Shown here: one piece after another, positions 49,646 to 60,213 of the stretch
How positions within the stretch are numbered: the first letter of the stretch is position 1
How the letters are laid out: every line of letters begins with the position of its first letter
Assembly: GCA_965203055.1 (NCBI GenBank)
Contig: OZ241863.1
Span: 2,208,001 to 2,272,000 of the forward strand
Length of the DNA: 64,000 bases
Direction of reading: 5' to 3'
Source: Spirochaetia bacterium
GTDB lineage: Bacteria > Spirochaetota > Spirochaetia > SZUA-6 > Bin103
Notes under the pieces: model-generated
The model's input: only the letters and a program-made list of their open reading frames with translations
What the model was told of the DNA's origin: nothing
Databases searched by the model: none
Position numbers and translations under genes: made by a program

Positions 49646-49730
49646 CGCCCGCGCTCGCGCCCGCGCCTGACGGACCCCGGCGCGCCGTACCCTGCAGCGC
49701 GGCGCGAATCGCGGTATCTTACAGGGCGTC

Positions 49731-50450
49731 ATGAGTAACGAGACCACTTCCCAAGCAGCGGATCGCCCATCGAGGAACAACAAGCGCATCGTCCTGGTGG
49801 TGGTGATCGTGGCCGCGGTTGCGGTCGTCGGGGCCGCCGGCTGGTATCTGGGGTCGCCGCTGTTCATCAACCGGGCGGTCAACGAGGCATTTCCGGTGCA
49901 GGTGCCGAGCGCCGCCGAGATGGAGGGCATGTCCGCCGCGGAGCTGGCCGCGATGGAGCAGCAGATCATGGACGCCCTGCCCTCGCCGGAGGCGCTGGCG
50001 GAGCTGCCCGAGCCGGCGCGGGAGCGCATTCGCCGGGAGGTGGAGCGGTTCGCGGCGGCCATGCCGGAACGCCCGGTGGCGGAGCCGATGCCGGGGCCGG
50101 AGCTGCTGGCCAGCGGCGAGTTTCAGGACGCCGACCGGTTCCACAAGGGCAGCGGCTCGGCCCTGTTGTACCGCATCCCCGGCATGGGGAACGTGCTGCG
50201 CTTCGAGCGGTTCAGCGCCACCAACGGGCCGGACCTGCGCGTGCTGCTGGCCGAGGGCGCCCGCCCCACCAATCGCGGCGAGCTGGGCGAGTATCTGGAG
50301 CTGGGCTCCTTGAAGGGCAACGTCGGCGATCAGAACTACACGCTGCCGGAAGACGCCGACCCGGCGCGCTACGCCAGCGTGGTGATCTACTGCCGCCCGT
50401 TCCAGGTGGTGTTCGCCACCGCGACCCTCACGCCGGCCGGCGGCGAATAG
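49731..50450 (+). CDS. DM13 domain membrane-anchored protein
   Basis: HKGSGSA, NGPDLRV, LKGNVGDQNY, VVIYCRPFQVVF. Confidence 0.9.
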   Translation: MSNETTSQAADRPSRNNKRIVLVVVIVAAVAVVGAAGWYLGSPLFINRAVNEAFPVQVPSAAEMEGMSAAELAAMEQQIMDALPSPEALAELPEPARERIRREVERFAAAMPERPVAEPMPGPELLASGEFQDADRFHKGSGSALLYRIPGMGNVLRFERFSATNGPDLRVLLAEGARPTNRGELGEYLELGSLKGNVGDQNYTLPEDADPARYASVVIYCRPFQVVFATATLTPAGGE

Positions 50451-50466
50451 GACCCGGCGGGCAAGC

Positions 50467-51231
50467 GTGCAACGGGAGCGGAAAGCCGCGGCGCAGCCTC
50501 CGGCCCGGACCGCGGTGCAGCGCATTCGCGACATCTCCATCATCGTGCTGGCAGTGTCGATGACGGTGATGTACGGCGCCGTCGTGGCGCTGATCATCGT
50601 GCTGTGGCAGCCGCTGCGGACGACGGTGCAGGCGGTCGCCGCGACCAGCCAGGCGGTCGCCGCTATGTCGGAGACGGCGCGCGCCACGGTGGACGACGTC
50701 GCCGGCCAGATGTCCGGCGTCGCCGCCGAGGTGAGCGCGACGCTGTCCGGCGCGGCCGGCGAACTGTCCGGCGCGGTGGATCAGGTTGCCGCGGAGATGA
50801 CCAGCGCGGCCGGCGCGGCGGGCGCCACGTTGACCGGGGCGGCCGACGAGGTCGCCGCGGAGTTGACCGGGGCGGCCGGCGCCGCCGCGGCCGCGGCGCG
50901 GGAAACCGCTTCGGCGGCCGCCGGCGCGGTGGTGGAGGAGGTCGCCGCAGCCGGTGACGAGGCCGCAGCCGAAGCGGCGGCGGCCGAGGGCGCGGCCACC
51001 GAGGCGATTGCCGGGGCGGTCAGCGGAGCCGCGGCGGCGGTGGATACCGCCGCGGCCGGTGCGATCGCCGGAACCGGCGCCGGCAGCGCGGCGGCCGGGA
51101 CGGCGCGCAGCGACGCGGTGCTGCAGGACGCCGACCGGCTGTTCGCGTACGTGGACCGGCTGTTCGCATATGCCGACCGGCTGCTCGACTACGCCGACCG
51201 TCTCCAGGCCCGGAGCTCCGCGGCGCAGTGA
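50467..51231 (+). CDS. Ala-rich helical-repeat membrane-anchored protein
   Basis: N-terminal TM, ~11-aa repeats, C-terminal 21-bp repeats (DRLFAY). Confidence 0.55.
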   Translation: MQRERKAAAQPPARTAVQRIRDISIIVLAVSMTVMYGAVVALIIVLWQPLRTTVQAVAATSQAVAAMSETARATVDDVAGQMSGVAAEVSATLSGAAGELSGAVDQVAAEMTSAAGAAGATLTGAADEVAAELTGAAGAAAAAARETASAAAGAVVEEVAAAGDEAAAEAAAAEGAATEAIAGAVSGAAAAVDTAAAGAIAGTGAGSAAAGTARSDAVLQDADRLFAYVDRLFAYADRLLDYADRLQARSSAAQ

Positions 51232-51348
51232 CCGGCTGACCACCCCCAGCGGCCCACGTGGTGCCGCGGCGCGCAGCGCCGGCGCGGCCGGCGCCTCCCG
51301 TCGGTTGGAGCGCCCTGCCGAAGCTGCTACTATGAGACGACGCACGCC

Positions 51349-52503
51349 ATGGCGACGCAACCATCCGAGCCAGACCGACGCGCGGCTGCGGACGTCTCCC
51401 CGCGCAAGCGGCTGGCGAACTTCGTGCAGCGCGCGCGGGAGCGAGCCGAACAGGCCAAGGCCCAGTTCTCCGTTCACGGCATTTCCTACTGCGCCGTCAA
51501 CGGCCTGCTTGCACTGATCAACCTGCTGACCTCGCCCGGCTTTCTCTGGTTTCTGTTCCCCGCCGCCGGTTGGGGAATCGGCCTGTTGCATCACTACATC
51601 AAGGCGCGCACCCGGGCGCAGGAGGCGCGCGAGGCCGCGGCGCTGCCGCCCGCCGGCAAACGCGAGTTGGAGCTGGTGCGCAAGCTGTTTCGTTCCCGCC
51701 GCGGCCTCCGGCACCACTTGGCCACCACCGCCGGCATTTCTGCGCTGCTGGCCGGCATCAACCTCTTCCTGTCGCCGGAAGCGGGCCAATGGTTTCTCAT
51801 CCCGAGCTTCGCGCTTGGCGTTCCCCTCGCCATTCACGCCGGCGCAGCGCGCGTACGCAGCCGCCGCTTGCGCGCTCAATTGCAGGATGCGGGGGTGGTG
51901 CCCGGCCGCTGGGCCGCGGAGCTCGCCGCGCTGGAGGCTGACGACGAGACGGCCGTGCCGGCCGCGCACGCTCCGCTCCTGGCGGAGGCGGCGGAATTGC
52001 GTACCGCGATCCTCTCCGAACTTGAGGATGGCGGGGAGGACGCGGCGCGTTGGCGGTCGGAGTTGCAACCGGAACTCGCTGCCTATACCGGCCACATCAG
52101 CGCCCTGCTGCAGGAGCGCGGCAACCTGGAGCGGGCCGCGGCGCGGGTCTCGGCCGCGGACGTTACCCGCCAGCTCGACGACCTGCGCGGCAAGTTGGAG
52201 GCCGCCAAGTCGGCCGAACTTCGACGCGAATATCAGCACACGGCGGCGCAGTATGAAGGCCAGCTCAAGTCGCTGCACGACCTGCAGGAACGGATCGAAA
52301 CAATCGATTTGCGCGCCAGGTCGGCGGTACTGGCCTTGCAGCAGCTCGCGCTCGACCTGCCGCGCCTGCGCGCCGCGCCGGCGGAGGAGCCGGGCGCCTT
52401 GCTGTCTCTGCGCGGCAAGGCGCAGGAGCTGACGCAGTATCTCGACGACCTGCGCGCCGGCCGCAACGAACTGGAAGAAGCCGGCCTCCGCGTCAGCGGG
52501 TAG
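51349..52503 (+). CDS. 2TM-domain protein (two copies) with C-terminal coiled coil
   Basis: INLLTSPGFLWFLFPAAGWGIGL and INLFLSP..WFLIP. Confidence 0.7.
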   Translation: MATQPSEPDRRAAADVSPRKRLANFVQRARERAEQAKAQFSVHGISYCAVNGLLALINLLTSPGFLWFLFPAAGWGIGLLHHYIKARTRAQEAREAAALPPAGKRELELVRKLFRSRRGLRHHLATTAGISALLAGINLFLSPEAGQWFLIPSFALGVPLAIHAGAARVRSRRLRAQLQDAGVVPGRWAAELAALEADDETAVPAAHAPLLAEAAELRTAILSELEDGGEDAARWRSELQPELAAYTGHISALLQERGNLERAAARVSAADVTRQLDDLRGKLEAAKSAELRREYQHTAAQYEGQLKSLHDLQERIETIDLRARSAVLALQQLALDLPRLRAAPAEEPGALLSLRGKAQELTQYLDDLRAGRNELEEAGLRVSG

Positions 52504-52518
52504 GCGGCGACCGGCAAG

Positions 52519-54246
52519 GTGACGCAGCCGCCGCGCGGCGTAGATGGCCGCCTGACCGACTACGGCGATCCCGGGTTCAGCGCCTTCCTGCGGCGCGCGT
52601 TCCTGGCCTCCGCCGGCTACGACCGCAGCGACCTGGCGCGCCCGGTGGTGGCCATCGTCGATACCAGCTCCGATTACGCCACCTGCCACCGCGACATGCC
52701 GGCGTTGGTGGCGGCCGCACGCCGCGGCGTGCTGCAGGGCGGCGCGCTGCCCCTCACCCTGCCGACGCTGGCGCTGGGCGAAATCCTGATGACGCCGACC
52801 TCCATGTTGTACCGCAACCTGCTGGCGCTGGAGACGGAAGAGGCGCTTACCGCGTACCCGATGGACGCGGCGGTGCTGGTGGGCGGCTGCGACAAGACGG
52901 TGCCGGCGCAGTTGATGGCCGCGGCGTCGGCCAACGTGCCGGCGGTGGCGCTGGTCACCGGCCCGATGCGCACCGGCTTCTGGCGCGGCGCGCGGCTCGG
53001 CGCCTGCACCGACTGCCGGGCTCATTGGCAGCAGTTCCGGGCCGGCGCGCTGAACCAGGCCGAGCTGGAGCAGGTGCAGCAGGAGCTGTGCCCGACCGGC
53101 GGCACCTGCATGGTGATGGGCACGGCGTCCACCATGGCCTGCTTGAGCGAAGCGTTGGGAATGATGCTGCCGGGCGGCGCCACCGCGCCGTCCGGCTCCG
53201 GCGAGCGGCTGCGCCAGGCGGCGGCGGCCGGGCGCCGCGCCGCGGCCTTGGCGCGCGCGCCGCTGCGCCCGCGCGAGCTGCTCACCCCGGCCGCATTCGC
53301 CAACGCGGTGACCTGCCTGCTGGCGCTCGGCGGCTCCACCAACGCCATCATCCACCTGCTGGCCATTGCCCGCCGCGCCGGCGTCCCGCTGACCTTGGCC
53401 GCCTTCGAGCAGGCCGCGGCGCGCGTCCCGCTGCTGGTCAACTGCAAGCCCAGCGGCAGCCTGTGGCTGGAGGACCTGCATCACGCCGGCGGCATGCCGG
53501 CGCTGCTGGCCGAGCTGCGGCCGCTGCTGCAGCTCGAAGCGCGCTGCGTCAGCGGCGCAACCTTGGATGAGCAGCTCGCCGGCGGGGCGGCGCGCCCCGC
53601 CGGCGCCGGGCGAGCCGCGCCGCCTGAGCCGGTGATCGGCACGCTGGCCGAGCCGATCGGCGGCCCGGGCGCGCTGGTGGTGCTGCGCGGCTCGCTGGCG
53701 CCGGACGGCGCCATCATCAAGGCCGCGGCGGCCTCCCCCGAGTTGCTGCGCCACCGCGGCCCGGCGCTGGTGTTCGAGTCGCCCGCCGAGCTGACAGCGC
53801 GCATCGACGACCCGGCGCTGCCGGTCACGCCCGGCCACGTGCTGGTGCTGCGCAACAGCGGCCCCGCGGCCGCGGGGATGCCGGAAACCGGTTCCCTGCC
53901 GATTCCGCGCAAGCTGGCCAGAGCGGGCGTGCGCGACATGGTGCGCGTGTCGGACGCGCGCATGAGCGGCACGGCCGGCGGCACGGTGGTGCTGCACTGC
54001 TCGCCGGAGGCGGCGCGCGGCGGGCCGCTGGCGCTGGTGCGGGACGGCGACCTGATCGAGCTGGACGCGCGCGCCGGGCGCATCGACCTGCTGGTGCCCG
54101 CGCCCGAGTTGGCGGCGCGCCGCGCGCGCGCCGCCAACTCGCGGCCGCCGCTGCCCGCCCGCGGCTGGCGGCGGCTGCACGCCGGCCACGTGCTGCCGGC
54201 CCACCTGGGCGCCGACCTCGACTTCCTCGCCCCCGACCCGCCCTGA
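52519..54246 (+). CDS. IlvD/Edd family dehydratase
   Basis: GGCDKT, GTCMVMGTASTM, GGSTNA, GMPE, SDARMSGT. Confidence 0.9.
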   Translation: MTQPPRGVDGRLTDYGDPGFSAFLRRAFLASAGYDRSDLARPVVAIVDTSSDYATCHRDMPALVAAARRGVLQGGALPLTLPTLALGEILMTPTSMLYRNLLALETEEALTAYPMDAAVLVGGCDKTVPAQLMAAASANVPAVALVTGPMRTGFWRGARLGACTDCRAHWQQFRAGALNQAELEQVQQELCPTGGTCMVMGTASTMACLSEALGMMLPGGATAPSGSGERLRQAAAAGRRAAALARAPLRPRELLTPAAFANAVTCLLALGGSTNAIIHLLAIARRAGVPLTLAAFEQAAARVPLLVNCKPSGSLWLEDLHHAGGMPALLAELRPLLQLEARCVSGATLDEQLAGGAARPAGAGRAAPPEPVIGTLAEPIGGPGALVVLRGSLAPDGAIIKAAAASPELLRHRGPALVFESPAELTARIDDPALPVTPGHVLVLRNSGPAAAGMPETGSLPIPRKLARAGVRDMVRVSDARMSGTAGGTVVLHCSPEAARGGPLALVRDGDLIELDARAGRIDLLVPAPELAARRARAANSRPPLPARGWRRLHAGHVLPAHLGADLDFLAPDPP

Positions 54247-54268
54247 CCGGCCGCGCGCGGCCGGTCAG
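54243..54268. terminator. Perfect 26-bp palindrome spanning two convergent stop codons
   Basis: ctgaccggccgcg|cgcggccggtcag. Confidence 0.6.
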
Positions 54269-55143
54269 TCGATGATCTTGTTCAGGGGATACTCGACGAT
54301 GCCGCTGGCCCCCGCTTCCTTGAGCCGGGGAATCAGGTCGCGCACCGCGGCCTCGTCGATCACCGTGTTCACCGCGATCCAGCCGCCGTTGGCCAACGCC
54401 GACACGGTCGGCTTGCGCAGCGCCGGCAACGCTTCGACCACCTCATCCAGGCGCGCCTCGGGGACGTTCATCATCAGCCCCACCTTGCCCTCGGCGGCAA
54501 TCGCGCCGCGCAGCATCAGGGCCAGGTTCTCGATCTTCTTGCGCTTCCATCGATCCTGCCAAGACGCTTCGTTGGCGATCAGGCGCGGGGTGCTTTCGAG
54601 AATCGTGTCCACGATGCGGAGATTGTTGGCGCGCAGCGAGCTGCCGGTCTCGGTGACCTCCACGATCGCGTCCGCGAGCCGCGGCGGCTTTACCTCGGTG
54701 GCGCCCCAGGAAAACTCCACGTGCGCCTGCACGCCATGCCGCCTCAGGTAGTCGGTAGTCAGATTGACCGCCTCGGTGGCGATGTGCCTGCCCTGCAGAT
54801 CGTTCGGACCGCGAATCGGCGAGCCCTCCGGCACCGCCAGCACCCAGCGCGTCGGCCGGCGGCTCACCTTCGAGTACACCAGCTCGGTGACCTCGACTAC
54901 CTGCGCGCGATTCTCGGTGATCCAATCGTGCCCGGTCAGGCCGGCGTCCATCACCCGATCCTGCACGTAGCGCGCCATCTCCTGCGCCCGAATCAGAATG
55001 CACTCGATCTCCGGATCGTCTATCTCCGGATAGTAGGAGCGGCTGGGGAAGGTGATGCGATAACCGGCCTGGCGAAACAGGCCGGCGGTCGCCTCCTGCA
55101 GACTGCCGGCCGGAATGCCCAGCTTGAGAACGGGTGATTCCAT
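54265..55143 (-). CDS. hisG: ATP phosphoribosyltransferase (long form)
   Basis: [39 protein letters not shown]. Confidence 0.95.
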   Translation of the reverse strand: MESPVLKLGIPAGSLQEATAGLFRQAGYRITFPSRSYYPEIDDPEIECILIRAQEMARYVQDRVMDAGLTGHDWITENRAQVVEVTELVYSKVSRRPTRWVLAVPEGSPIRGPNDLQGRHIATEAVNLTTDYLRRHGVQAHVEFSWGATEVKPPRLADAIVEVTETGSSLRANNLRIVDTILESTPRLIANEASWQDRWKRKKIENLALMLRGAIAAEGKVGLMMNVPEARLDEVVEALPALRKPTVSALANGGWIAVNTVIDEAAVRDLIPRLKEAGASGIVEYPLNKIID

Positions 55144-55153
55144 GAGCGCTCAG

Positions 55154-55531
55154 CTACGACGCGCCGCCGTAGACCTGGCGCGGATCGAACACCCGTTCCG
55201 CCACGACTTGCAGCTCGCCATCCGCCACCTTGCGGAAGAAGCAACTGCGGTAGCCGTCGTGACAGGCGCCGCCGCCGATCTGGCGCACCTTGACCAGCAG
55301 CGCGTCGCCGTCGCAATCCAGGTAGATGCCGCGCACTTCCTGCACGTTGCCGCTCTCCTCGCCCTTGCGCCACAGGCGGTTGCGGCTGCGCGAGAAATAG
55401 CATACGCGGCCGGTGCGCAAGGTCTCGCCGAACGCTTCGCGATCCATGAACGCCACCATCAACACGTCCCCGGTTTCCTCATCCTGGGCGATCACCGGGA
55501 CCACGCCGCCCATCTTGTCGAAGTCGATCAT
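55154..55531 (-). CDS. hisI: Phosphoribosyl-AMP cyclohydrolase
   Basis: [31 protein letters not shown]; start could extend to 55573. Confidence 0.95.
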   Translation of the reverse strand: MIDFDKMGGVVPVIAQDEETGDVLMVAFMDREAFGETLRTGRVCYFSRSRNRLWRKGEESGNVQEVRGIYLDCDGDALLVKVRQIGGGACHDGYRSCFFRKVADGELQVVAERVFDPRQVYGGAS

Positions 55532-55639
55532 CTGCTCCAATTCAGCCACTGGTAGTAAATCCTCCTGCTGCAATTCGTGTTCCTGCGCTGTGGTCCGCCG
55601 GGCCGGCGGGTCAGCCGCGGCCGCCGAGAGGCCGAGCCG

Positions 55640-56662
55640 TCACTGCAAGATCCCGGTCTCGCCGCCGGGCGCCGCAGGCGGAAACCCCGCCGCCGCGGCG
55701 GTGAACTCCGGCCACACCTCGTCCGCCAGAGAAGCGGTCGCGTGGCGGTAGCTGGCGTCGATCTCGGCGGCGTCGCGGCTGCCCACCAGGGTCGAGGCGA
55801 TGCCGTGATGCCGGAGACTGAACTGCATCGCCAGCGCGCCCACGTCGATCCCGCGCTGCCGGCACCAGGCGTGAATCGCGGCCGCGCACGCCACGTCCGG
55901 CGCCTCCTGCGAGCCGTAGCGCGCCTGCGCCGCGGGATCCGGCCCCGCCAGCAACCCGCGCAGGTAGGGCGATGCGTTCACCACGCCCACCCCGCGCGCC
56001 TGCGCCAGCTCGATCAGAGGCCGGGCGCTGTCCCGCGCCAAGTTATAGTCGTAGGGCAACAGCAGCACGTCGAAGCGTCCATCCTCGAGGCAGCGCCGCT
56101 GCCAGCGGTGGGTGCGCACGCCAAGGCCGAGCGCGCCCACGCTGCCCGCCGCCTTCAGCTCCAGAATCGCGTCCGCGGCCCCGCCGGGACCGAGGATCGC
56201 GTCGATCTGCGCGTCCGATTGCGGATCGTGCACGAAGACGATATCCAGGTACTCCCGGCCCAGCGCCTCGCGGCTCTGCTCCAGGGAGGCGAACACCGAG
56301 GCGCGGTCGTAGCGGCCCACCATGCCGGGGCGCGTCCCCACCTTGGTGGAAACGTGCCACCGCTCCCGCTCCGCCGCGCTCAGCTCGCCCAGGGCGAATC
56401 CCAGGCTGCGCTCCGCCACGCCGCTCTGGTACAGCGGCGAGGTGTCGACGTAGTTGATCCCCAGCGCAACCGCCCGGCGCACCGTGCGGGCCGCGATGAC
56501 GCCGCGTTCCTGCGGACTCGTGTCCCGATCCCGTGCCTCACCGATGAATGCGCCGCCAAGCCCCAGTACCGTCAGCTCCGGACCGGCCCGCCCGAGGCGC
56601 CGGCGCGGCAGCCGCGCGGCCCCCGGTTCCGGCGCCGCTCCCAGTTCTCGTCCCACGCCCAT
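55640..56662 (-). CDS. Aldo/keto reductase
   Basis: GINYVDTSPLY, STKVG, YLDIVFVHDP. Confidence 0.9.
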   Translation of the reverse strand: MGVGRELGAAPEPGAARLPRRRLGRAGPELTVLGLGGAFIGEARDRDTSPQERGVIAARTVRRAVALGINYVDTSPLYQSGVAERSLGFALGELSAAERERWHVSTKVGTRPGMVGRYDRASVFASLEQSREALGREYLDIVFVHDPQSDAQIDAILGPGGAADAILELKAAGSVGALGLGVRTHRWQRRCLEDGRFDVLLLPYDYNLARDSARPLIELAQARGVGVVNASPYLRGLLAGPDPAAQARYGSQEAPDVACAAAIHAWCRQRGIDVGALAMQFSLRHHGIASTLVGSRDAAEIDASYRHATASLADEVWPEFTAAAAGFPPAAPGGETGILQ

Positions 56663-56771
56663 ACCGTAGCACATGCGGCGCCGTCTGGCAGGCAGGGCCG
56701 GGAAGCCGGCAAGCCGGCCGGCAACGCGAGCCCTTGCCCGCGCCGGCGGGCCGGCGCTATGATCCGGCGGC

Positions 56772-57083
56772 GTGACTGAGACCGAAGCCCCTCCGGCAGA
56801 CCGCCGGGCGGCAGCGGATTCCCTGCTTCTGGAAGCCGGCGACCGGCTGACGCGGACCGAGTTCGAACGCCGCTACTCCGCCCGCCCGCAGCTCAAGAAG
56901 GCGGAGTTGATCGAAGGAGTCGTGTACGTGCCCTCCCCCGTGCGCTACGACGGTCATGGTCTGGCCCACGCCGCCATGCTCGGGGCGCTGCAGGGCGATG
57001 CCGCGGCGGCGCTGGCGACGGCGCAAGCCGGCGTCGGCAGCCGTGCCCACCGGGCGTTCGCGGCGCGCGCCGGCGGCGGCTGA
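56772..57083 (+). pseudogene. Uma2-family endonuclease with catalytic core deleted
   Basis: GDRLTRTEFERRY..KAELIEGVVYVPSP..H joined to C-terminal-like helix; no PD-(D/E)xK core. Confidence 0.75.
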
Positions 57084-57124
57084 AGCGCGCGTAGCGGACC
57101 GTTCACGGGCAGGTCGTTTTCTCC

Positions 57125-58339
57125 ATGTCCGGCCTGCCGCGGCTGCCGCGCGTACCGGCGCGGTTTCGCTCGCTCTACCTCGGCCTGCTGGCCGTTACCA
57201 TCCTGTTCGGCGCCAACCTGACGGTGGTGGGCGCCGTGCTGCCGGAGATGATCCGGTCGTTCGGCTGGAGCTACACCGCCGCGGCGGTAGTGTTGGCGGC
57301 GGCCGCGGTCGGCTACTTCGCCGCGACCTTCGCCAGCGGGTTCGTGGTGCGCCGCCTCGGGCCGCGCGCGACGGTGGTGACCGGTCTGGGGCTGATGGCC
57401 GCGGCCCTGGCCCTGTTCGGCGCGGCGCCGTCGGTGCTGCTCAACGTGCTGCTGCACGCGCTGATCGGGATCGGCAGCGGCGCCGTCGAAGTAGTGATGA
57501 ACTACGGCGCGGTGCGCATCGAGCGCGACGGCCGCAGCCAACTGATGAACCTGCTCCACGCCTCCTTCTCCGTCGGCGCGGTGGCGTTCCCGTTGCTGGC
57601 CGCCCGGCTGCTGGAGAGCGGCGCGCCCTGGCAGCTCGCGTTTCGCGCGGTGGCAGCGGGCGCGGCCGTACTGGCCGTGTGGCTGGCGCTGCTCCCCTTC
57701 CGGCGCCTGGAAGAGGGAGTCGGCAGCGGGCGCCGGGAGCGCGCCGGCCGCGCCGAGCTGCCCCTGGACCGCGGCCTGGTGGCAATCAGCGTGGCCCTGC
57801 TGTTTCTCTACGTCGGCGCGGAGGTGGGCGTGTCGTCCTGGCTGGGGGAATACTTCGTCGGCTTCCTGGGCACCAGCCCGGCGCAGGGCGCGCTGATGGT
57901 GGTGCTGTTCTGGAGCGGCGTGCTCGGCGGCCGCCTGCTGCTGGCGTTCTGCTACCGCGGGACCCGCGCCGCGGAGGCGATCCTGCTGCTGGCCGCGGTC
58001 GCTACGGCAGGGTTGATCGGCGCCGTGGCGGCAACCGGCCGCGCCGCGGCGGCGGTCGGCTTCGCGGCGACCGGATTCGGGTTCTCGTCGATCTATCCGC
58101 TGGTGATGTCGATGGTGGGCCGCTTCTTCGCGCCGCGCCATCAGAGCATGGTGATCGGCTTTGCCGCCACCGGCGGCGGCGTTGGCGCGTTCCTGTTTCC
58201 GTTCGCCATGGCGCTGGTGGCGCAACAGATCGGGATTCGCCGCGGCTACCTGCTCTACGTGGCGCTGGCGGCGCTGCTGATGCTGCTGGCCTGCGGCGCG
58301 GTCCTCAAGACCCGCGCCGCCGCGGCGCGCAACGCCTGA
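57125..58339 (+). CDS. MFS transporter
   Basis: About 12 TM, LHASFSVGA, FLYVGAE. Confidence 0.9.
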   Translation: MSGLPRLPRVPARFRSLYLGLLAVTILFGANLTVVGAVLPEMIRSFGWSYTAAAVVLAAAAVGYFAATFASGFVVRRLGPRATVVTGLGLMAAALALFGAAPSVLLNVLLHALIGIGSGAVEVVMNYGAVRIERDGRSQLMNLLHASFSVGAVAFPLLAARLLESGAPWQLAFRAVAAGAAVLAVWLALLPFRRLEEGVGSGRRERAGRAELPLDRGLVAISVALLFLYVGAEVGVSSWLGEYFVGFLGTSPAQGALMVVLFWSGVLGGRLLLAFCYRGTRAAEAILLLAAVATAGLIGAVAATGRAAAAVGFAATGFGFSSIYPLVMSMVGRFFAPRHQSMVIGFAATGGGVGAFLFPFAMALVAQQIGIRRGYLLYVALAALLMLLACGAVLKTRAAAARNA

Positions 58340-58352
58340 CGCGTCGGCGGCG

Positions 58353-58766
58353 CTACGCCCCGGCGCCGTTCCCGGTGCCGCCGGCCGCCGCCGGCGCCAC
58401 GCGCAGGATACGGCTCGCAACCAGCTCGTCGGCGATCTCCACGGTAATCAGGTGCACCCCGAAGTGCTTGAAGGTGCAGGTCACCGGCACCACCAGCTCC
58501 AGGTCCTCGCGCTCCCGCCGGATGCGAATTTCTCCGCGCCGCGAGAACACCTCGTCGGAGGATTGCCCGTGGGTGATGCCGATGCTGAAGTCGTGCGTGC
58601 CGCGCGTCACGCTGCCCGCCGCGCAGTAGATGAACCACTGCGGACTGGCGGCGGGGACACTCGGGAACTGAAAGGAGTGAAATACGCCGATCAGCCCCTT
58701 CTTGCCGTTGTCCTCGGTGATGATGCGGTCGCAGCACAGCAGCGCGTGGACTACCATCTCGAACAT
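58353..58766 (-). CDS. Small beta-rich hypothetical protein (DUF6941-like)
   Basis: LLCCDRIITEDNGKKGLIGVF. Confidence 0.6.
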   Translation of the reverse strand: MFEMVVHALLCCDRIITEDNGKKGLIGVFHSFQFPSVPAASPQWFIYCAAGSVTRGTHDFSIGITHGQSSDEVFSRRGEIRIRREREDLELVVPVTCTFKHFGVHLITVEIADELVASRILRVAPAAAGGTGNGAGA

Positions 58767-58837
58767 GTCGGTCTCGTCGCGCGTCACCCTACCCTGTCTT
58801 CGCCGCGGCGCGCTATCGCGCGGGACGCCGCCAACGC

Positions 58838-60076
58838 TCAGCTCAGGCGCCGCAGCCGGCGATTGGCCAGCAGCGCCGCGGAAACCAGCAGCATGAAGCC
58901 GCCCATGACCGCGCCGGCCACCTGGCCGCCGAACGCCTCCGCGAGCGCGCCGGCCGGGAGCGCGCCGAGGGGCACCAGCCCGAACGAGATCATGAACACG
59001 CTGGCGACCCGGCCATGGTACTCCTCGGCGGCGATCTCCAGCGTCACCGCCTGATTCAGCGCCTTGCGGATGGCATCGCCGATGCCCAAGACGAACATGC
59101 CCGCCATCCCGACCCAGAACAGCGCCACGCCCGCCATCACCAGAATGGCCACGCTGGCGAGCATCGCGCCGCACACCAGGATCAGGCCTCGCCGCCCCGG
59201 CGCCGTACCCGCCACCGCCACCGCGGCCGCCACCGAACCGACCCCCATCGAGCTGACCAGCAGGCCGAGCACCTCCGGGCCCATGCCGTAGAGGTCGACC
59301 ACGAACACCGGCAGGATGAGACGAAACGGCATCGCCACCAGGGCGTACACCACCGAGATCAGGAACAGCAGGACGATGTCCGGTTGGCGGCGGATGTAGG
59401 AGAGTCCTTCGCGAATCGCCGCGCCGTGCGAGACGCCGGTTGCCGCCGGCGCGCCCACCGCGGTGATGCGCCCGGTGAGGATCACCGCCAGCACCCCCAT
59501 GGCGGCGACGAAGTAGTAGGTGGCCGCCGGCCCGCCGAAGCCGTACAGCCAGCCGCCCACGGCCGGGCCGAGCAGCGTAGTCATGCTGAACGCCGCGGCC
59601 ATGAGGGCCAGGGCATTGGTGGTGAGCTTGCGCCCGACGATGCCGGGAATCATCGCCTGCCGGGCCGGCACCAGGATCGACCACAGCGCTCCCTGCAGCG
59701 CCGAGGCGATCAACAGGTGCATCCAGGTGACCGCCCCCAGTTGGATCGATACGCCCACGAACAGCGCCACCGCCGAGAACATCCCCTGCGCGGCCTGCAC
59801 CAGCCGGCGCCGCTCGAAGCGGTCCGCCACCACGCCGCCCACCAGCGCCAAGGTCAGCATCGGCACCGCGTAACCCACCGCCACCACGCTGAGCAGGAGC
59901 GGCGAGCTGGTCAGCTCGTACGCCAGGTACCCGGAGGCGACCATGCGGATCTGGGAGGCGCCGAACAGCACGATCAGCCCGCCCCACAACAGCCGGTAGT
60001 CGCGCACCGCCAGCGCCGCGAACGTGCCACGCGCCGCGCGGCGGCCCGCGCTCCGGAACCGTTCCGCTACCTGCAC
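58838..60076 (-). CDS. MFS transporter (MFS_3-like)
   Basis: GVVADRFERRR, PARQAM, GRVASVF. Confidence 0.9.
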   Translation of the reverse strand: MQVAERFRSAGRRAARGTFAALAVRDYRLLWGGLIVLFGASQIRMVASGYLAYELTSSPLLLSVVAVGYAVPMLTLALVGGVVADRFERRRLVQAAQGMFSAVALFVGVSIQLGAVTWMHLLIASALQGALWSILVPARQAMIPGIVGRKLTTNALALMAAAFSMTTLLGPAVGGWLYGFGGPAATYYFVAAMGVLAVILTGRITAVGAPAATGVSHGAAIREGLSYIRRQPDIVLLFLISVVYALVAMPFRLILPVFVVDLYGMGPEVLGLLVSSMGVGSVAAAVAVAGTAPGRRGLILVCGAMLASVAILVMAGVALFWVGMAGMFVLGIGDAIRKALNQAVTLEIAAEEYHGRVASVFMISFGLVPLGALPAGALAEAFGGQVAGAVMGGFMLLVSAALLANRRLRRLS

Positions 60077-60213
60077 GAATCAGGATCGGTGTGTGACATA
60101 CCCCATCATACACCACCGCCGCTAATTCCGCCGCCGCTGCCCTTGCCGTGGGCGCACTTCCAAAATGCAGGTAAGCGTCGGGCCGCTTGGCGGCCAAGCC
60201 CAAGTCCCAGTGA

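Noticed and set aside
60077..60110. Leaderless ATG at 60099 as the true MFS start
   Set aside because: Out of frame with the MFS ORF; would need an unverified 1-bp indel
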